Below are positions 22,873 to 27,806 of a DNA stretch of 27,806 nt, in pieces. Both the position numbers and the translations under genes were made by a program. Origin of the DNA: Octopus sinensis (lineage: Eukaryota). The DNA lies in contig NW_021827583.1 in the NCBI RefSeq assembly GCF_006345805.1, forward strand, positions 1-27,806. The letters are read 5' to 3'. The notes under the pieces are model-generated. The model saw nothing but the letters and a program-made list of their open reading frames with translations. It was not told the origin of the DNA and searched no databases. How positions within the stretch are numbered: position 1 is the first letter of the stretch; each line of letters opens with the position of its first letter.

Positions 22873-23339
22873 ATAAATACCCAAATGCAATACCAGGCAG
22901 TGACGTTCATGGCTTCTGATCGTAACTGCTTAGAAGTGTTAACATTTACATATTTTGTCCTGGTGTAAACGATGGTCTACAGCAAATATTCCGCTCAGTA
23001 CCATAGATTTGCTTGTCAGTTGCTGATCTTAACCAGTTGAGCATATCCCATAGTGGTTAACGATATATGCATCTCTGATCACGAGCTGAAGTAGAGGGGA
23101 AGCATCACAGCCATGTGTTGAGAAGAATTCTTTGGGGTTTGAATAATAAACCCCTAGAAAACTAAGTGTTTTGTTCATCATTTTTAAATAACCCTTATTC
23201 AGGGACCCTTCAAGCGGGATAGCCTACACAACCTGAAGAAAAATCTAATCCGGCTCCACCTTAGTTGGAGGTCGATAAAATAAGTACCAGCTGATACCCA
23301 AAACTGCTGGCCTTGTACAAAAATAGGAAACTATCCTCA

Positions 23340-23382
23340 TTATCATTATTATTATTACTATTACTATTATTATTACTATTAC

Positions 23383-23414
<32 letters not shown>

Positions 23415-23525
23415 TATTATTATTATTATTATTATTATCATTATTACTATTATTATTTGTAACTGATCATAATCACCACAACGAGCATCATCATCATCAT
23501 CATCATCACCATCATCATCATTATA
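23340..23525. repeat. (ATT)n/(ATC)n microsatellite
   Basis: Direct reading. Confidence 0.9.
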
Positions 23526-23884
23526 ATTATATTTCTTAATAATATCTTTTATAATATTTAAATTATTTCATATATATTATTGTTAACAGTTCGCTACAAC
23601 TACCCTTTCCACCAATTGCATCAGCAAGTTAGCAAGTAAATCGCTAAACAGAATAGAGTTATTTCCCTTGACACCTGTTTATAAAGCTTAGCAAAATTTA
23701 CCTTCTTAATTTAACAATTCTAAGTCCGTATAGTTCTTTCTCTCACTCTCTCTCTTCATCTCTCTTCCCTCTCCCCCTCTCAATGTATATACATACATAT
23801 TTCATATCTAATAAACGTGTGTGTGTGCATATATACATATATCATATATATATACATACACACAGACACACACACACACATATA

Positions 23885-24288
23885 TTTATTTATTTATTTA
23901 CTTGTTTCAGTCATTTGACTGCGGCCATGCTGGAGCACCGCCTTTAGTCGAGCAAATCGACCCCGAGACTTATTCTTTGTAAGCTCAGTACTTATTCTAT
24001 CGGTCTCTTTTGCCGAACCGCTAAGTGACGGGGACGTAAACACACCAGCATCGGTTGTCAAGCAATGCTAGGGGGACAAACACAGCCACACAAACATATA
24101 CACATACACAAATATATATATACATATATATGACAGGCTTCTTTCAGTTTCCGTCTACCAAATCCACTCACAAGGCATTGGTCGGCCCGGGCTATAGCAG
24201 AAGACTTGCCCAAGATGCCACGCAGTGGGACTGAACCCGGAACCATGTGGTTGGTTAGCAAGCTACTTACCACACAGCCACTCCTGCG

Positions 24289-24290
<2 letters not shown>
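23885..24290 (-). mobile_element. Full-length CORE-type SINE (family C)
   Basis: Head GGCGCAGGAGTGGCTGTGTGG, B box GGTTCAGTCCC; highly similar to 391-791; (TAAA)n tail. Confidence 0.9.
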
Positions 24291-24374
<84 letters not shown>

Positions 24375-24575
24375 ATATATATATCCATATAAATTTGTAA
24401 CACCTTTGCATAATAGCAACGATACATACACACACATGCATACATACATACATTAACACACACACACATACATACATACATACATACATACATGCATACA
24501 CCACACACATACATACATACATACATACATACATAATACATAGCATATGCATGCATACATACATACATACATACA

Positions 24576-24609
<34 letters not shown>

Positions 24610-24611
24610 CA

Positions 24612-24648
<37 letters not shown>

Positions 24649-24738
24649 ATATATATAATATATATATATATGTGTATGTATATATATATATAACAAATTC
24701 CATATAAATTTAAATATGCATATGCATATATATATATA

Positions 24739-24896
24739 TTGATAAAAATGGTAAAACAACAAAAGAATGAAAGAGACCTCGATATAATGTAAATAGAGGA
24801 ATTCATCTGTAAATGTAATATGTGACAATTATTCTGTAGCCATGATAAAACTCCGAGCTTCGGATGCCGGGGTGGAAATCCACGCCGCCATCTCTT
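24739..24896 (-). mobile_element. Terminal module with truncated/dead HHR-like motif (same family as 26576-26670)
   Basis: Minus strand: AAGA-GATG..GTGG(ATTT)CCAC..CATCC-GAAG-CTCGGAGTT-TTATC. The 5' core is lost and GAAA is changed to GAAG; 3' end abuts (TA)n. Confidence 0.55.
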
Positions 24897-25134
24897 ATAT
24901 TGTGTTTTTTTAAATTTCTAATTTATGGATATACATCATTATGATTTTACTAATGATCCACTAAGTGCATCATTAGTAACATGAGGAAATTCTAGCAGCC
25001 AAGATACCAACATTTTATTTTATTTTATTTTTCTGTTTTTAAGTTTACATTTTACCAAATATTCTTTGTTTCAGATGATAGGATGTGATTTAAAAGAATT
25101 TGGCTGTCAACTCTAGCAAAAGTGGATTTCCTGC

Positions 25135-25310
25135 TTTTATGTTTTATCCGTTACTTGTTGCAGTCATTGAATCGTGTTGAAGTTTTTAGTCAAAGAAATT
25201 GCTTCTGATACTTAATCTATCGGTCACTTTTTGCTGAACCGCGAAGTTGCGGGGACGTAAACAATCTAACACCAGTTGTCAAGCGGTGGTGGTCACAAAT
25301 ACAGGCACAT
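25135..25310 (-). mobile_element. Degenerate 3' half of a family C-related SINE
   Basis: TACTTGTTGCAGTCATT...GCTGAACCGCGAAGTTGCGGGGACGTAAACA...GTTGTCAAGCG. Confidence 0.65.
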
Positions 25311-25396
25311 ACATACCTACACACATGCACAGCCATACACGCATACACAGGCATGCATAATCACACGCACATACACGTATGTGTTTGTAAATATAC

Positions 25397-25439
<43 letters not shown>

Positions 25440-25614
25440 TAGAGAGAAAGAGAGAAAGAGAGAGAGAGAGAGAGAAGAGAGAGAATCCAATAACCAAAAC
25501 GTATACTTCAAGAAAGAAAAAAGTAGAAAATTTCTAATGCTAAATTTACACTAGACAAAATTTGGTGTGTAACCGCCACCAACAAGAGCCTTCATGAATG
25601 AGACCTGACTAATT

Positions 25615-25667
<53 letters not shown>

Positions 25668-25670
25668 TAT

Positions 25671-25807
25671 GTGAGTACAGGTGCAAAACAAGGTGGAAAA
25701 AATAGTTCTCGGATACCAAAGGTAGACTAAAATTCTTTCTTTTTAAAGTTGCAAAATTATCACAGAACTGTTACTCAGAGTTTCACGTTCTCGTTCATCG
25801 GACAGTT
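25671..25807 (-). mobile_element. Terminal module with a well-formed CCGAUGA hammerhead-like motif (25766-25807)
   Basis: Minus strand: AACTGT-CCGATGA-ACG(AGAA)CGT-GAAA-CTCTGAGTA-ACAGTT; perfect 6-bp stem I; 3' end abuts a CA/TG tract. Confidence 0.65.
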
Positions 25808-25910
25808 GTGATGAAGACTCATATATATGAGTCTTCATCACACACACACACACACACACAACACTTAATATATATATATATATTATATATATATATATAT
25901 ATCTATATAT

Positions 25911-25946
<36 letters not shown>

Positions 25947-26340
25947 ATAAGAATATAATCATATATAGTATATATATGCGTGTCATCATCAGCTCGTAAT
26001 AGAGTGATAGATCTGATAGAGATACTTCTGTATTTTGTTACATGATTCGAATTAAGAGTTTACATTATAATGATCTTTACAAAAGTGATATAATCGCAGA
26101 ATAAGTAACATATTATTTGCTGACCTCCATTTACCGTTCGCGTCAAACGGTTAAATATCAGTCATGCACGAATGTCTGCGTTCGTTCCACTAAATGATCA
26201 AGGACCTTCTTTTTTTTTGTGTGACATTGTTCCTTTCTTAAATTTACTTTTGTTGTTGTTCTTGAGCCTTTATGACATTGAAGTATAGCCATGATACAGC
26301 ACCAACATCTTTTTATATTCTATTACCTATTTTATTGTGA

Positions 26341-26505
26341 AGGCGCTTCACGTAGTGGTCAAAGTTTTGGGTGTAGCTCTTACGATCGTGGTTTCAATTC
26401 CCGAAATGGACATTTAATATCACGCCGCCCCAGTTCACTCAGCTGTAAATGAGCCGTAGCAGTAACTGGGAAGTTAATCCTGCAATGGACTAGCGTCCCG
26501 TTCAG
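26341..26505 (+). mobile_element. Degenerate tRNA-derived SINE
   Basis: TAGTGGT A-box-like and GGTTTCAATTCCC B-box-like motifs, then CCAGTTCACTCAGCTGTAAATGAG and CCTGCAATGGACTAGCGTCCCG. Confidence 0.45.
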
Positions 26506-26575
26506 ACACCCCAAACGGATCTTTTATTTACAAGACATATATATATATATATATATATGACAGCATATATATATA

Positions 26576-26670
26576 TGGCCAGATAACCGAAGAGATGGTG
26601 TTGTGGATTTCCACTTCGGCATCTGAAACTCAGAGTTTTATCTTGACTATTGAGTAATGTGACATATTAT
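26576..26670 (+). mobile_element. Module with CCGAAGA hammerhead-like motif (26581-26643)
   Basis: AGATAA-CCGAAGA-GATG..GTGG(ATTT)CCAC..CATCT-GAAA-CTCAGAGTT-TTATCT; perfect 6-bp stem I; flanked by (TA)n. Confidence 0.6.
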
Positions 26671-26678
26671 TTTATATA

Positions 26679-26711
<33 letters not shown>

Positions 26712-26792
26712 CGAGAGAGAAAGAGAGAGAGAGAGAGGAGAGGAGAATAGGAGAGGAGGAGAGAGAGAGAGCAAAGGGAGAGAGACAGACAC

Positions 26793-26932
26793 AACAGGCT
26801 TCTTTTCAGTTTTCTCCTCTCAGAAATCTTTAGTTGGGCCGTAACTATTAGTACAAGAGACCTGCTCCAAATGCCACGTAGTGGATCCGAACCTGAGACC
26901 ATGTGGCTGGGAAACAAACTTCTTACCACACA
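26793..26932 (-). mobile_element. Diverged 5' part of a family C SINE
   Basis: ACAGGCTTCTTTTCAGTTT...ATGCCACGTAGTGG...ACCATGTGG...CTTACCACAC. Confidence 0.65.
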
Positions 26933-27265
26933 CCAACGGTCGATTTATGAACATACATACATACATACATACATACATACATACGTACATACGTACGTAC
27001 ATACATACATACATACATACATACACATATATATATATCTATATGTAGATACATTATATATATATGTGTATATATATATATATGTGTGTGTGTGTGGTGT
27101 GTGGTGTGTGTTGTGCGTTGTGTGTGTGTGTGTGTGTGTTTCTGTTTTTGTGCTTGAATTAGAATATTAAGTGAAAGTGCCAAATTCTATCATCGTATCA
27201 TATATATATATATCTATATATATGATATAGATATATATATATATATTATATATATATATATATAT

Positions 27266-27465
27266 TGTAGGTCCCGGGTTGATTCGGGGTTACCACAGTA
27301 AATAAGACTCAATACATAGCAGAGTAAAATTAATTTATTATATAGAAGGAGCTTCTACAGGACTAGACTGTTTCATTCAGTGCTTCCTGTTTCATTCAGT
27401 GCTTCCTGAAGATTTCTCTTGAATGAAAACAGTTCTAGTCCTGTAGAGCTCCTTCTATATAATAA

Positions 27466-27466
<1 letters not shown>
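27266..27466. repeat. Fold-back module (46/47-bp arms) with 19-bp tandem duplication in the spacer
   Basis: Arms 27334-27379 and 27420-27466 differ only by three 1-nt indels; duplication 27369-27387/27388-27406; CTGAAGA at 27406-27412 and GAAAAC at 27425-27430. Confidence 0.8.
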
Positions 27467-27529
<63 letters not shown>

Positions 27530-27660
27530 TATATATATATATATATAATATTAGCTATATGTTTCGTTTCTTCTACGTTACAACTATTGCAGACGGTACA
27601 GTACTTGAATAGCCATATTGGAGCGGAACTAGTCGTAATAAAAATTCAGAATATACATAT

Positions 27661-27806
27661 ATTACCAAGATGGCGACAAAGTGCAGACGGTTGAGAACTT
27701 CCAGAATCAGAGAGAAGGAAATCATGATGGTCCTCTGGAGGACATACATCCTCAACCACCTGGGCTTCTACTCACAGCGGATCTTGAAGCAATCCAGCGA
27801 AGCTTC
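27661..27806 (+). pseudogene. CR1/L2-type LINE RT C-terminal fragment (runs off window)
   Basis: ITKMATKCRRL-RTSRIREKEIMMVLWRTYILNHLGFYSQ, then after a deletion/frameshift DLEAIQRSF, matching the CR1-type pattern RTF...L..HLEY.S.VW...LE.VQR.FT. Confidence 0.75.

Overview
Eukaryotic, AT-rich, repeat-dominated DNA. I found no credible host protein-coding exon, and nearly all tracked ORFs are microsatellite or antisense-of-transposon artefacts. The SINE families and microsatellite load match what I recall for octopod cephalopods (Octopus); this is inference from recognition, not a database hit. Contents: many tRNA-derived SINEs of at least three families, two decayed Tc1/mariner transposons, a non-autonomous Helitron, a Helentron-type (HINE/DINE-1-like) element, a Gypsy LTR remnant, Tx1/L1-like and CR1-like LINE remnants, and a decayed Penelope-like element (RT + GIY-YIG). 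The most notable signal is a set of about 11 minimal type-I hammerhead-ribozyme (HHR)-like motifs. Most sit in short, microsatellite-anchored modules that resemble Penelope termini. Several carry non-canonical cores: UUGAAAA (a compensatory U3:A8 pair, two copies with structure-preserving stem changes) and CCGANGA (U4C, in three distinct sequence families). Most have a self-complementary stem III typical of dimer-dependent cleavage, and related termini form fold-backs and a clean inversion. Penelope-associated minimal HHRs are known; whether these variant cores are described or active needs checking.
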